Shown one piece after another: positions 15,987 to 24,779 of a stretch of DNA of 34,730 bases. The notes below the pieces were generated by a model. The model was not told the DNA's origin. It saw only the letters and a list, made by a program, of their open reading frames with translations, and ran no database searches. The stretch spans positions 1-34,730 of the forward strand of contig JAYZBV010000076.1 in the NCBI GenBank assembly GCA_036338595.1, given 5' to 3'. This DNA is from Planctomycetota bacterium (lineage in GTDB: Bacteria; Planctomycetota; UBA8108; UBA1146). Within the stretch, counting starts at the first letter, position 1. Each line of letters opens with the position of its first letter. The translations under genes were made by a program, and so were the position numbers.

Positions 15987-16979
15987 TTAGGCGCCCCGCA
16001 CCTCTCCCTCAAGCGAGCGGCTGGTGTGTCGTAGTTTCCGACGTGCGACCACCTCAGGAGTCGAATGCCATCTTGCATGCATCCAGGGCCACTGCGTTGG
16101 ATGGCGCCGAATCGCTCTCTCGATGGCTTCATTCGTCGCGATGGTGATGGCCCGGATCTGCTCCTCATCATCTCCCTGAAATTGGGCTGGCTCGATCGGA
16201 TCATCAAATTCCAGGTGATATCCCTGGGAATCCCGGATGATGAAGAACGGAAAAAGAATGGAATCGGTTTTCATGGCGAGTCTCGCCGGGACGGTGGTTG
16301 TATGAGCCACCTCGCCAAAAAACGGGACATGAATTCCGTCCATCTTCTTGATGTCCAGATCTGTCAGCATCGCCAAGATGCCACCTCCGTGAAGTAACCT
16401 GACCGAGCGTAGTAGCGATTCATCCTGATAGACAAGACGAGCGCCCAGTCGGTGTCGTAGATGATCCACATACTGTTGCTCGACAGGATTCTCATACCTG
16501 CGAGCCACGAACAGACTGTCGTGGGGAAACTCTCTCCCGATGATGGATCCGGCGAGTTCCCAGCTTCCGATGTGCCCGGAGATGGGGATCACTCCCCTAC
16601 CGGTTTCTCTCAGGGCAGAGATCTTCTCCCGCAATGCAACCAGTCCTGCAATGGAGACTCCTCCGGGGCGAGGCGGTGTCCCCAACCGATCAAAATCCTT
16701 GCCGCCGAGTGAAATCAGTTCGAGGATCGTTTCCCCCATCTGCTCGAAACACCTGCGTGCGATTCGCGCTCTGGTACGCTCGCCCAGCGAAGCATCCAGG
16801 TGGGCCAGGTTTTGACAGGCCAGTTGTCGATCCCCACGTCGTAGTCGCCACCCCCATCTGCCCAGAGACCGACCGAGACTCCTGGCAAAGGAGATCGGCA
16901 GGAAACCGAACAGGAGTGAGAGGATCCTCAGTACAAGCCAGAGGAATAACTGTGACAGGGATCCGGGGATTCGATTCAA
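15987..16979 (-). CDS. Lipid A secondary acyltransferase (LpxL/HtrB family)
   Basis: N-terminal TM segment, NLAH, SGHIGSWE, MLTDL, VPFFG, PARLA, PTQWPWMHARW. Confidence 0.88.
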   Translation of the reverse strand: MNRIPGSLSQLFLWLVLRILSLLFGFLPISFARSLGRSLGRWGWRLRRGDRQLACQNLAHLDASLGERTRARIARRCFEQMGETILELISLGGKDFDRLGTPPRPGGVSIAGLVALREKISALRETGRGVIPISGHIGSWELAGSIIGREFPHDSLFVARRYENPVEQQYVDHLRHRLGARLVYQDESLLRSVRLLHGGGILAMLTDLDIKKMDGIHVPFFGEVAHTTTVPARLAMKTDSILFPFFIIRDSQGYHLEFDDPIEPAQFQGDDEEQIRAITIATNEAIERAIRRHPTQWPWMHARWHSTPEVVARRKLRHTSRSLEGEVRGA

Positions 16980-17113
16980 TTGCTGCTCCTCGGGTCGAAG
17001 ATATCACCGATCGGAGCGCGCGGAAACAGCACCGGATCGCTGGAGTTGACACCCCATCAGAGGTAAATTGGTGACAGAAGTCCGTCAGCGTACCCCATTG
17101 GAAGATCGTCACG

Positions 17114-17473
17114 ATGATTCATGTCACCGAAGCAGCTGGAGCGGAAATCGCCCGCCTCACCAGTGAAAAATCAGCCCGGGAAAAGGGTGGTCTACGCCTG
17201 TATGTACAAGGTGGAGGCTGTGCAGGTATGTCCTACGGCATGGAGATCGTCGAGGAACCGGGAGATAAGGATCGCGTCTTCGAGGTCGAGGGAGTGCGAG
17301 TGATCATCGATCCCAAGTCGTGGCTGTTTCTCAATGGAACCACCGTCGATTTCAAGGAGTCACTGATGGGGCGGGGGTTTGTCTTCGAAAATCCCAATGC
17401 CAGTGGAGCCTGCGGATGTGGCACCTCGTTCAGCATCGAGGACGCAGCCGAGAAGGATTCGACGACTCCGTAA
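17114..17473 (+). CDS. iscA: A-type Fe-S carrier (IscA/HesB family)
   Basis: LRLYVQGGGCAGMSY, F.NPNASGACGCGTSF. Confidence 0.93.
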   Translation: MIHVTEAAGAEIARLTSEKSAREKGGLRLYVQGGGCAGMSYGMEIVEEPGDKDRVFEVEGVRVIIDPKSWLFLNGTTVDFKESLMGRGFVFENPNASGACGCGTSFSIEDAAEKDSTTP

Positions 17474-17480
17474 CCGCATC

Positions 17481-18575
17481 TCAGCCTGCAAACACATCGC
17501 CGAGCATCGCATCGATATCTGGAATCGCATCTCGACGGCTGACCAGAGCTCTTTCTGCCGCCCGCTCCACCTCTTCTGCCACCTGCTCTTCCCACTCCGC
17601 CATCGCTGCATGTGGATCCCGGCCCATCCGTTGCTGCTGATCGCTGAGCCACTCCTCGAAGCACCCGATCGGCTCCCTCTTGGCCCAGTGATCGAAGATC
17701 TCCTGTGAGAACAGATCACGTGCCTCCGCCTCATCATGTGTGGCGTGACCACCAAACCGAAAGGTACGGGCCAGGATGATCACGGGCCCCTCTCCCTCCA
17801 GACAGATGGCCCTGGCGCGTGTCACCGCGGCGTGAACATCCAGTATGTGATTGCCATCACACTCAATTCCGACGGCATCGTAGGCCGCTGCCATGTTCAC
17901 CAGAGAAGCGGATAGACTTTCATCCCGTGGTGTTCCGAGTGCGACTGCGTTGTCCTCGACCACGACGATCAACGGCAGTGAGCGACTGGATGCGAAGGAG
18001 AGTCCTTCATGGACTGCTCCGGTTCTGGTCGAGCCATCCCCCACCCATGTCAGTGCAACGTTTTGCTGTTTCTGCAGCTGGAATGACAGGGCAAAGCCCG
18101 CACAGACGGGAACCAGGTCGCCAACATGACTGATGGGAGCGACGACACCATGAGCGAGATCGCCGAAGTGGAGATCTCGCCCCTTGGTGATTCCGTCACC
18201 CGTTGCGAGATACGAACGGAATGACTCCTCGATGGGAATGCCTCGCTCGAAGGTCGCTGCCGCGTTACGAATCATGGGGCCGACAACATCCCCATCTTCG
18301 AGAGCATGACAGGCGGCCACCGTCACGGCTTCCTCGCCGCAGCCGAGCCAGGCTTTCGTGATGACTCCTGTGCGCACCCAGCGCTTCAGCGCGATGTCAT
18401 GAAGACGTGCTCGCAGTAGCCCTCTGTACAGAGTCTCCAGGCCGCCGGGACCGAGCGATTCGACACTGGCGGCCACCTCAGGCTGCTCGATCCGGCGTCG
18501 ATAACTCTCCATCACCTCTGCGTCAGGCTTCCAATCCTGGTACTCGGGAGGGTCGTAGGCTGCGCTTCTCTTCAC
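17481..18575 (-). CDS. TPP-dependent 2-oxoacid dehydrogenase E1 alpha subunit
   Basis: GEEA, TKGRDLH, GDGSTRTG..HEGL...EDN TPP motif, CDGNH, TFRFGGHATHD; GTG 18575 overlaps the upstream TGA. Confidence 0.9.
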   Translation of the reverse strand: MKRSAAYDPPEYQDWKPDAEVMESYRRRIEQPEVAASVESLGPGGLETLYRGLLRARLHDIALKRWVRTGVITKAWLGCGEEAVTVAACHALEDGDVVGPMIRNAAATFERGIPIEESFRSYLATGDGITKGRDLHFGDLAHGVVAPISHVGDLVPVCAGFALSFQLQKQQNVALTWVGDGSTRTGAVHEGLSFASSRSLPLIVVVEDNAVALGTPRDESLSASLVNMAAAYDAVGIECDGNHILDVHAAVTRARAICLEGEGPVIILARTFRFGGHATHDEAEARDLFSQEIFDHWAKREPIGCFEEWLSDQQQRMGRDPHAAMAEWEEQVAEEVERAAERALVSRRDAIPDIDAMLGDVFAG

Positions 18576-19399
18576 GCTGAAAATTCCTCTTCGATCCAGT
18601 GGCAGATCACTTCGATCACCTGTTGTGCGTGTGCGTGCGGACCTGCGAATGGATGAACCAGCCCAAACGTGTGGCCTGCTCCCTCGATCAGTATCCGGGT
18701 CGCATATCTCTCCTCGACTCCTTCGAGCAGACGCAGAGAAGATGAGCACTCGACAGCCGGGTCTGAATCCCCGTGTATCGACAGCACCGGGACCTGCGCC
18801 TTCGAGAGCGCCAGAGGTGCGTTGTAACGATCTCCCTGCTTCATGAAATCCTCCAGGACAACTCGATCCTGGACCAGAGTCTCACCTGTTCTTGCGTTGA
18901 CGATCTCCCTGACTCCCGATTCGAACCACTGGTTGATCTCTTCCTCTGTCAATCTCAACAGTTGATCCGGAGTCCCCATCGTGATGACTCCATCCACTCC
19001 TGAACAACTGTTTGCTGTCAGCGCAGCGACCAGACCACCGCGAGAGTGTCCGAGCAAGAGAGTCCTTGAATCTGACAGCTCAGGGTGCTGAAGCAGCGTG
19101 ACGACATCTTCGACATCATGTGCGAGCGTCTGCCGGGCAAATCGTTCGGGCTCGTCAAAGACGTCGAGACCTGCACCCACTCCACACATCGATGGGTTGA
19201 TGCGAGCCACACGGTGCCCTGCTGCGGCAAGTTCTCGACAGAACCATGGCCAACCACCCCAGTCCTTGAATCCCTTGAAACCTGGAATGAAAACAACAGT
19301 GGGAGAATCAACCGGCCCATCGCCTGGCTCATCGACAGAAACACGGACGACTCGGTCGTCCTCGAGGTGCACCTCGAAGTCACGGGAAATGGTCGCCAT
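18572..19399 (-). CDS. Alpha/beta hydrolase
   Basis: GFKGFKDWG, GHSRGG nucleophile elbow, IHGDSDPAV, GAGHTF. Confidence 0.9.
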   Translation of the reverse strand: MATISRDFEVHLEDDRVVRVSVDEPGDGPVDSPTVVFIPGFKGFKDWGGWPWFCRELAAAGHRVARINPSMCGVGAGLDVFDEPERFARQTLAHDVEDVVTLLQHPELSDSRTLLLGHSRGGLVAALTANSCSGVDGVITMGTPDQLLRLTEEEINQWFESGVREIVNARTGETLVQDRVVLEDFMKQGDRYNAPLALSKAQVPVLSIHGDSDPAVECSSSLRLLEGVEERYATRILIEGAGHTFGLVHPFAGPHAHAQQVIEVICHWIEEEFSA

Positions 19400-20721
19400 C
19401 AGCGGCCATCCGGTTGCAGGTCCGAACGGATCAATTCGATCGCCTCGGCAACAGAAATTTCCTGCTGGCTCCCTTGATCCATCGAACGGAGTCCAACAGT
19501 TCCCTGTCGATGCTCTTCCTCTCCGATCACGATGACATAGGGGATTCCCGCTCTCTGAGCGAACTGCAGCTGCTTCTTCAACTTGGCCTCTTGTGGGTAA
19601 ACGACCACAGAGATACCGGCTCCACGCATCTGCGAGGCGACCTCGAAACTCGCCGCAGCCAGCTCGTTGGAGAAGAGCACTACCAGCACCTCTGCAGGAT
19701 GGCTGCGCTGCTCGAGCAGATCCATCTCCTTCATCGCAGCAAACAGACGATCGATGCCAAGGCTGATTCCGATGGCTGGGAGGTCCTTACCGGCAAACAT
19801 ACCGACCAGCCCATCATAACGCCCTCCGCTCATCACCGACCCAAAGCCTGGCAGAGCATCGAGGTAGGTTTCATAGACCAGTCCCGTGTAATAACTGAGT
19901 CCTCGCGCGATGGATGGATCGACATGGCAGTCATCACCGACACCCGCTGCTTCCACGAGATCGAGAACTCCACTCAACCGTTCGATCGAGGACTGCGCCT
20001 CTGAATCGGTATCGAGTGCTTGCTGCAACATCTGCAACATTTTCCTCGAATCCCCTCCCTCTGCGAGCACCGCTTCCAGCACCTTCTCGACTCCGCCAGT
20101 ATCGATGCCCGGAAGCTTTGCCACCTGATCGCGAAAGGAATCCGCTCCGATCTTGTCGAGCTTATCCAGCAATCTCAGGAAGTCTGCTTCCCCATCCGTG
20201 CCCAGTCCCGCCAACCGGCACAGAGCACTCAGGATGCCACGGTGATTGATGCGCAGCCGGTAGCCATCGATACCCAGTTCTTTCATCACCGCGGCACCGA
20301 TGACCAGCATCTCGGCATCTGCCGCTACCGAATCGGCACCGATCAGATCCACATCACACTGCATGAATTCTCGAAATCGGCCCCTTGCAGGTTTCTCAGC
20401 TCGCCACACCGGAGCGATCTGGTATCTGCGAAACGGCATGGTGATTTCACCGTGCTCGGCAAGGACTCGCGCCAGAGGAACCGTCAGGTCATAACGCAAC
20501 GCCACATCACGATCTCCATTGTCGCGGAAACGATAGAGCAGCATCTCGCTTTCATCGCCATACTTGCCGAGCAGGATCTCGGAGTACTCGAGAGCGGGAG
20601 TCATCAGAGGCGGATACCCATGCCTCTCGAAGACGCGCTGGACCGCATGAATCATCCGGTCCTTCTGCAGCATCTCCTCGGGCAGGTAATCCCGGAACCC
20701 TTTCAGGCACTGCACCTTCAT
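19399..20721 (-). CDS. hisS: Histidine--tRNA ligase
   Basis: KGFRDYLP, LRYDLTVP, VWRAEKPARGRFREFMQCDVD, RGLSYYTG, GGRYD, anticodon-binding domain; SD GGAGGAG before ATG 20721. Confidence 0.97.
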   Translation of the reverse strand: MKVQCLKGFRDYLPEEMLQKDRMIHAVQRVFERHGYPPLMTPALEYSEILLGKYGDESEMLLYRFRDNGDRDVALRYDLTVPLARVLAEHGEITMPFRRYQIAPVWRAEKPARGRFREFMQCDVDLIGADSVAADAEMLVIGAAVMKELGIDGYRLRINHRGILSALCRLAGLGTDGEADFLRLLDKLDKIGADSFRDQVAKLPGIDTGGVEKVLEAVLAEGGDSRKMLQMLQQALDTDSEAQSSIERLSGVLDLVEAAGVGDDCHVDPSIARGLSYYTGLVYETYLDALPGFGSVMSGGRYDGLVGMFAGKDLPAIGISLGIDRLFAAMKEMDLLEQRSHPAEVLVVLFSNELAAASFEVASQMRGAGISVVVYPQEAKLKKQLQFAQRAGIPYVIVIGEEEHRQGTVGLRSMDQGSQQEISVAEAIELIRSDLQPDGR

Positions 20722-20785
20722 CGCTCCTCCGTCCTCTGACGGCACCACTATCGGGAGCCGACAGCAAACTCGCAAGGGGATGCGA

Positions 20786-21970
20786 TCAAGGCAGTAGCCC
20801 CAGGTCCTTTCCCACCTCCGAGAAGACGGCGATGGCGCGGTCGATCTGGTCAGTATCGTGCCCCGCGGAGATCTGGACGCGGATCCGCGCCTCCCCCCTT
20901 GGAACCACAGGATAGGAGAAACCGACCACGAAGATGCCCCGCTCGTTCATGGCGCTGGCCATTTCCATCGTCTTTCGCTCGTCGTGGATCATGATCGGCA
21001 CGATCGGGTGAACACCGGCAGTGATGGCGAAACCAGCTCGAGTCATTCCTTCGCGGAATCGGAGCGTATTTGACTGGCTGCGCGCGACTCTCTCTGGCTC
21101 TTCATCGATCAGATCGAGCACCCTGATCCCCGCAGCAGTGATGGCGGGTGCGAGCGTATTGGAGAAGAGGTATGGACGAGATCGTTGTCGAAGCAGCGAA
21201 ATCATCTCGCTGCGACCGGTGGTGAATCCGCCACTGGCTCCTCCGAGCGCCTTGCCAAGGGTACTGGTGATGATGTCGACTCTGTCCTGGACTCCGAAGT
21301 GCTCAGCGGTTCCTCGACCCGTCTTGCCGATGAACCCGGTCGAGTGACTATCATCCACGACAAGGATCGCCCGGTGCTCCTCGCAAAGTGCGGAGATTTC
21401 ATCGAGGGGCGCCAGGTCGCCGTGCATGCTGAAGACACCATCGGTCACGACCATCCGAGTTCGAGCATCGGCGGCTTCTGCCAGACACCGCTGCAGATCA
21501 GACATGTCTGCGTGGGAGTAGCGATGTCGCTTGGCCTTGCACAGGCGGATCCCATCGATGATGGATGCGTGATTCAGTTCATCGGAGATCACTGCATCTT
21601 CAGGGCCCAGCAGAGTCTCGAACAACCCTCCGTTGGCATCGAAACAGGATGTGTAGAGGATGGTGTCCTCGGTCGACAGAAACTTCGAAATCCGAGCTTC
21701 CAGTTGCTTGTGAATGTCCTGGGTTCCACAGATGAATCGGACGGAGGATAGCCCGAATCCGTGGCTGTCGAGTGCAGCGTGTGCGGCTTCCAGGATTGCG
21801 GGGTGACTCGACAGTCCAAGGTAATTGTTGGCGCAAAAGTTGAGCGCCTCGCCATCCTCGGTGGTGATGCGAACCCCCTGAGGGCCCGTGATCAACCGCT
21901 CCTGTTTCCAGAGGCCAGCGTCTTCGATCTGCTGCAACTCCTCGACCAGGCGTTCGCGATCGGCAAACAT
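20786..21970 (-). CDS. kbl: Glycine C-acetyltransferase (2-amino-3-ketobutyrate CoA ligase)
   Basis: NFCANNYLGL, SVRFICGTQ, SCFDANGG, NHASIIDG, DDSH, TLGKALGG, RSRPYLFSN, ARIRVQ. Confidence 0.97.
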   Translation of the reverse strand: MFADRERLVEELQQIEDAGLWKQERLITGPQGVRITTEDGEALNFCANNYLGLSSHPAILEAAHAALDSHGFGLSSVRFICGTQDIHKQLEARISKFLSTEDTILYTSCFDANGGLFETLLGPEDAVISDELNHASIIDGIRLCKAKRHRYSHADMSDLQRCLAEAADARTRMVVTDGVFSMHGDLAPLDEISALCEEHRAILVVDDSHSTGFIGKTGRGTAEHFGVQDRVDIITSTLGKALGGASGGFTTGRSEMISLLRQRSRPYLFSNTLAPAITAAGIRVLDLIDEEPERVARSQSNTLRFREGMTRAGFAITAGVHPIVPIMIHDERKTMEMASAMNERGIFVVGFSYPVVPRGEARIRVQISAGHDTDQIDRAIAVFSEVGKDLGLLP

Positions 21971-21993
21971 CTCATCTCCTCCCCTGATTCCGG

Positions 21994-23034
21994 CTAGAGG
22001 GCACACTCTCCCGGATACAGGATGATCTTGCCACACTTTCCCTGGCGAATCAGATCGAACGCGGTTTCAAACTCCTCGAGTGGCAATTTGTGAGTGACGA
22101 TCGGGGAAACATCGAGTCCAGCCTCCAGCAACCGCGCAGTATCGTGCCAGGTATCCCACACCTTGCGCCCCAGGATGCCCCGCAGCCGTGCTCCCTTGAA
22201 AATGATGTCGCGAGCCACATCGATCGAGATTCGCTCGGAAGGAACGCCAAAGAAGCGGTAGTCGCCACCACGGCTCAGGCACCTCAACCCGTCCTCGATC
22301 GCCTGCTCATTTCCTGACATCTCGAGTACAACGTCCGCGCCCCTGCCGTCTGTCAATTCATGCACCCTGGGAACCAGATCACAGTTCAGTGGTGAGATCG
22401 TGTGATCCGCTCCCAGCTGAGTCGCCAGCGACAACCTGTAATCCTGAACATCGACAGCAGTGACAGAAGCGGCACCACAGGTCTTTGCGATGGCAACGGC
22501 AAATAATCCGGTAGGCCCACAACCCGTGACCAGCACATGGCGCCTCGACACTTCGTCAGCCAACGCGACATGAACCGAATTTCCAAGCGGCTCCTGGAGT
22601 GTTGCGATCTCCGGAGGAAGTTGTGCTGGAGTACGCCAGACACAGCGTTCTGGCATCACGATTTGCTCGGCAAATGCTCCGTCTCGCTGTACGCCTATGA
22701 TCTTCTCGTTCTCACAGATGTGGCGCTGCCCGGTGCGGCAGGGACGACATTGATCGCAAAAGACATGGGACTCGGCAGCCACATAATCGCCAGCCTGGAA
22801 GCGACTCACGCCGGGTCCCACCTCCAACACTTCACCGCAGAACTCATGCCCCACGGTCAACGGGGCCGTTACCTTGGAGGCCGCCCATCTGTCCCAGTTG
22901 TAAATATGAAGATCCGTGCCGCAGATGGATGTGGCCAGAACCTTGATCCGGACCCCATCGTCAGTCATCTCGGGGATCGGCTTCTCGATGAGTCTCAAAC
23001 CCGGTCCCGGGCCAGACTTGACCAGTGCCTTCAT
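21994..23034 (-). CDS. tdh: L-threonine 3-dehydrogenase
   Basis: MKALVK, SICGTDLHIYNWD, GHEF, structural Zn C-x2-C-x2-C-x7-C, EPLGN, EMSG; adjacent to kbl. Confidence 0.95.
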   Translation of the reverse strand: MKALVKSGPGPGLRLIEKPIPEMTDDGVRIKVLATSICGTDLHIYNWDRWAASKVTAPLTVGHEFCGEVLEVGPGVSRFQAGDYVAAESHVFCDQCRPCRTGQRHICENEKIIGVQRDGAFAEQIVMPERCVWRTPAQLPPEIATLQEPLGNSVHVALADEVSRRHVLVTGCGPTGLFAVAIAKTCGAASVTAVDVQDYRLSLATQLGADHTISPLNCDLVPRVHELTDGRGADVVLEMSGNEQAIEDGLRCLSRGGDYRFFGVPSERISIDVARDIIFKGARLRGILGRKVWDTWHDTARLLEAGLDVSPIVTHKLPLEEFETAFDLIRQGKCGKIILYPGECAL

Positions 23035-23311
23035 CTTCGCCTCACGATCCACCTCATTGTCTTGGCGCAACATCGACCCGTAGCCGTGTCGAGAGGCGCC
23101 GGTCGAGTTGCAGGATATGCACTCCTGATCCTATCGCCTGAGGCTCTTCTCAGGAAGCGGTCCAGCGATTCTCTTCCCTGACACCTTGCTCCCACAGGAG
23201 TTGGTGGGTCCAATAAAGGGTGCCTGTCAGACTTTATTTGTGGGGCCACAGGGTGATCTGATCAGTTTTGATCTGTCGATTCCCGGTTGTGGCGCCCTAG
23301 GAGAAATTCTC

Positions 23312-24652
23312 ATGAACACGATTCAACGACTGCTGATCACGGTTCTGATGATCGGCTTGCCAACGCTGGCCTGTAGCCAGAACATTCTCTCCATCGAAGA
23401 CGGTTCGGCACTTCCAGGAGAGAGTGTCGGCATTGGCGTCCAGATCACCCACGATGACCCTGTCCTCGGCTTCTCCTTCGGAGCGGCTCACGACGGCACC
23501 GTGTTGACTCCGACCAGTCTCGTGCAGGGGGCAGCCCTGACGCCCCTCAATGGCGGTACCGGAGCGGATTACTTCTTCGAGGACCTCGCTCCTGCCAACG
23601 GGCCAGGAGTGGTGCTCGCCTGCATCTTCACCTTTGGCGGCGTTCTCGATTCGCTCCCCCCGGGTGCAGGCCAGGAGATTGCCGTCATCAACTACGCCGT
23701 TTCTCCTGCGGCGACACCTGGCAGCAGCACTGCGGTGTCTCCCTCGACTGCTCTCGGTGTTCCTCCCATCAATATCGTCTTCACCGTAGGTGGGACCAGC
23801 ATATTTCCATCGAGCACCGCAGGTACAGCCACCGTCGAGGTACCTGCACCTTCTGGACTCACCAGCACACTCGCTGACATCTGCATCTGTAGTTACGATC
23901 TCAGTTGGACCAACAACGCCTCATACACCGGCATTCAGGTTCGACTTCTGGGATCGCTGATCGCCACCTTGCCGGGGAGTGCGACCTCGACAACGATAAA
24001 TCTGCCTGCTTCCACCGCCGACATCTGCGTCACTGGAGTGATCGGACCCGCATCCTCGGCGCAGACCTGCATCGACGATTCATGTCCTGGATACTCGGCA
24101 CCGCCGCCGCCAAGTGGGCTCTCCTGTTCCATCATCGATACCGATCCCGTCAGTGGATGTTCTGTCGATGCGAGCTGGACCAATCCTGGTGGCTACTCTG
24201 CCATCGATGTTTATGTCAACGGCATCCTGTCCGAGTCGATTCCATCCAACGCAGTCGCCTGGCAAGGAGCCCTCGACCTCTCGCCGGACCCACAGGACAT
24301 CTGTATCGAGGCGACCGACGCATGCGGTGGCGTACTGGCTCAGGTTTGTTGCCAGTTGACGTGCACTGCAGGCCCCATCTTCATTCGCGGAGATTGCAAC
24401 GCAGACAGTCTCTTCAATATTGCAGATGTGGTCGCTGCGCTCAGTTTCCTGTTCGGGGGTGCCGGACCTCCACCCTGTGGAGATGCGTGTGACATCAACG
24501 ATGACGGGGGCCAGGACATCAGCGACCCCGTTTATCTGCTTTCAAATCTCTTCTCGAGTGGTAATTTCCCTCCCGCGCCCTTTCCGGACTGCGGTGAGGA
24601 CCCGACCGAGCCGGATGGGATCGACTGCAGCAGTTTCCCTCCCTGCCCCTAG
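23312..24652 (+). CDS. Secreted Cys-rich modular protein: cohesin-like domain, two FnIII-like repeats, C-terminal dockerin/EF-hand-like domain
   Basis: Signal peptide; PGESVGIGV...VLGFSFG; two PSGL...SWTN..Y..I.V repeats; FIRGDCNADSLFNIAD...DACDINDDGGQDISD; SD AGGAG before ATG 23312. Confidence 0.8.
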   Translation: MNTIQRLLITVLMIGLPTLACSQNILSIEDGSALPGESVGIGVQITHDDPVLGFSFGAAHDGTVLTPTSLVQGAALTPLNGGTGADYFFEDLAPANGPGVVLACIFTFGGVLDSLPPGAGQEIAVINYAVSPAATPGSSTAVSPSTALGVPPINIVFTVGGTSIFPSSTAGTATVEVPAPSGLTSTLADICICSYDLSWTNNASYTGIQVRLLGSLIATLPGSATSTTINLPASTADICVTGVIGPASSAQTCIDDSCPGYSAPPPPSGLSCSIIDTDPVSGCSVDASWTNPGGYSAIDVYVNGILSESIPSNAVAWQGALDLSPDPQDICIEATDACGGVLAQVCCQLTCTAGPIFIRGDCNADSLFNIADVVAALSFLFGGAGPPPCGDACDINDDGGQDISDPVYLLSNLFSSGNFPPAPFPDCGEDPTEPDGIDCSSFPPCP

Positions 24653-24678
24653 TCAGGGACCATATTGAAGCCACTACC

Positions 24679-24708
24679 GGCCCGAGACACCCAACGGTGT
24701 TTCGGGCC
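24679..24708 (+). terminator. Stem-loop after the dockerin gene (no U tract)
   Basis: GGCCCGAGACACC-CAAC-GGTGTTTCGGGCC, 13 bp with one G-U pair. Confidence 0.5.
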
Positions 24709-24779
24709 ATTCGTGTATCGAGGGTGCCAAGCTCCGAGGTGCTCTTTACAGCAGAGCCCCATCCCTCCATCCTCGACCC

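Noticed and set aside
17046..17069. TTGACA...TAAATT promoter or IscR-type site upstream of iscA
   Set aside because: Spacer is only 12 nt and the dyad symmetry is weak
23190..23250. AATAAAG/CTTTATT inverted repeat upstream of the dockerin gene as a riboswitch
   Set aside because: Short stem and no match to riboswitch motifs I can recognise
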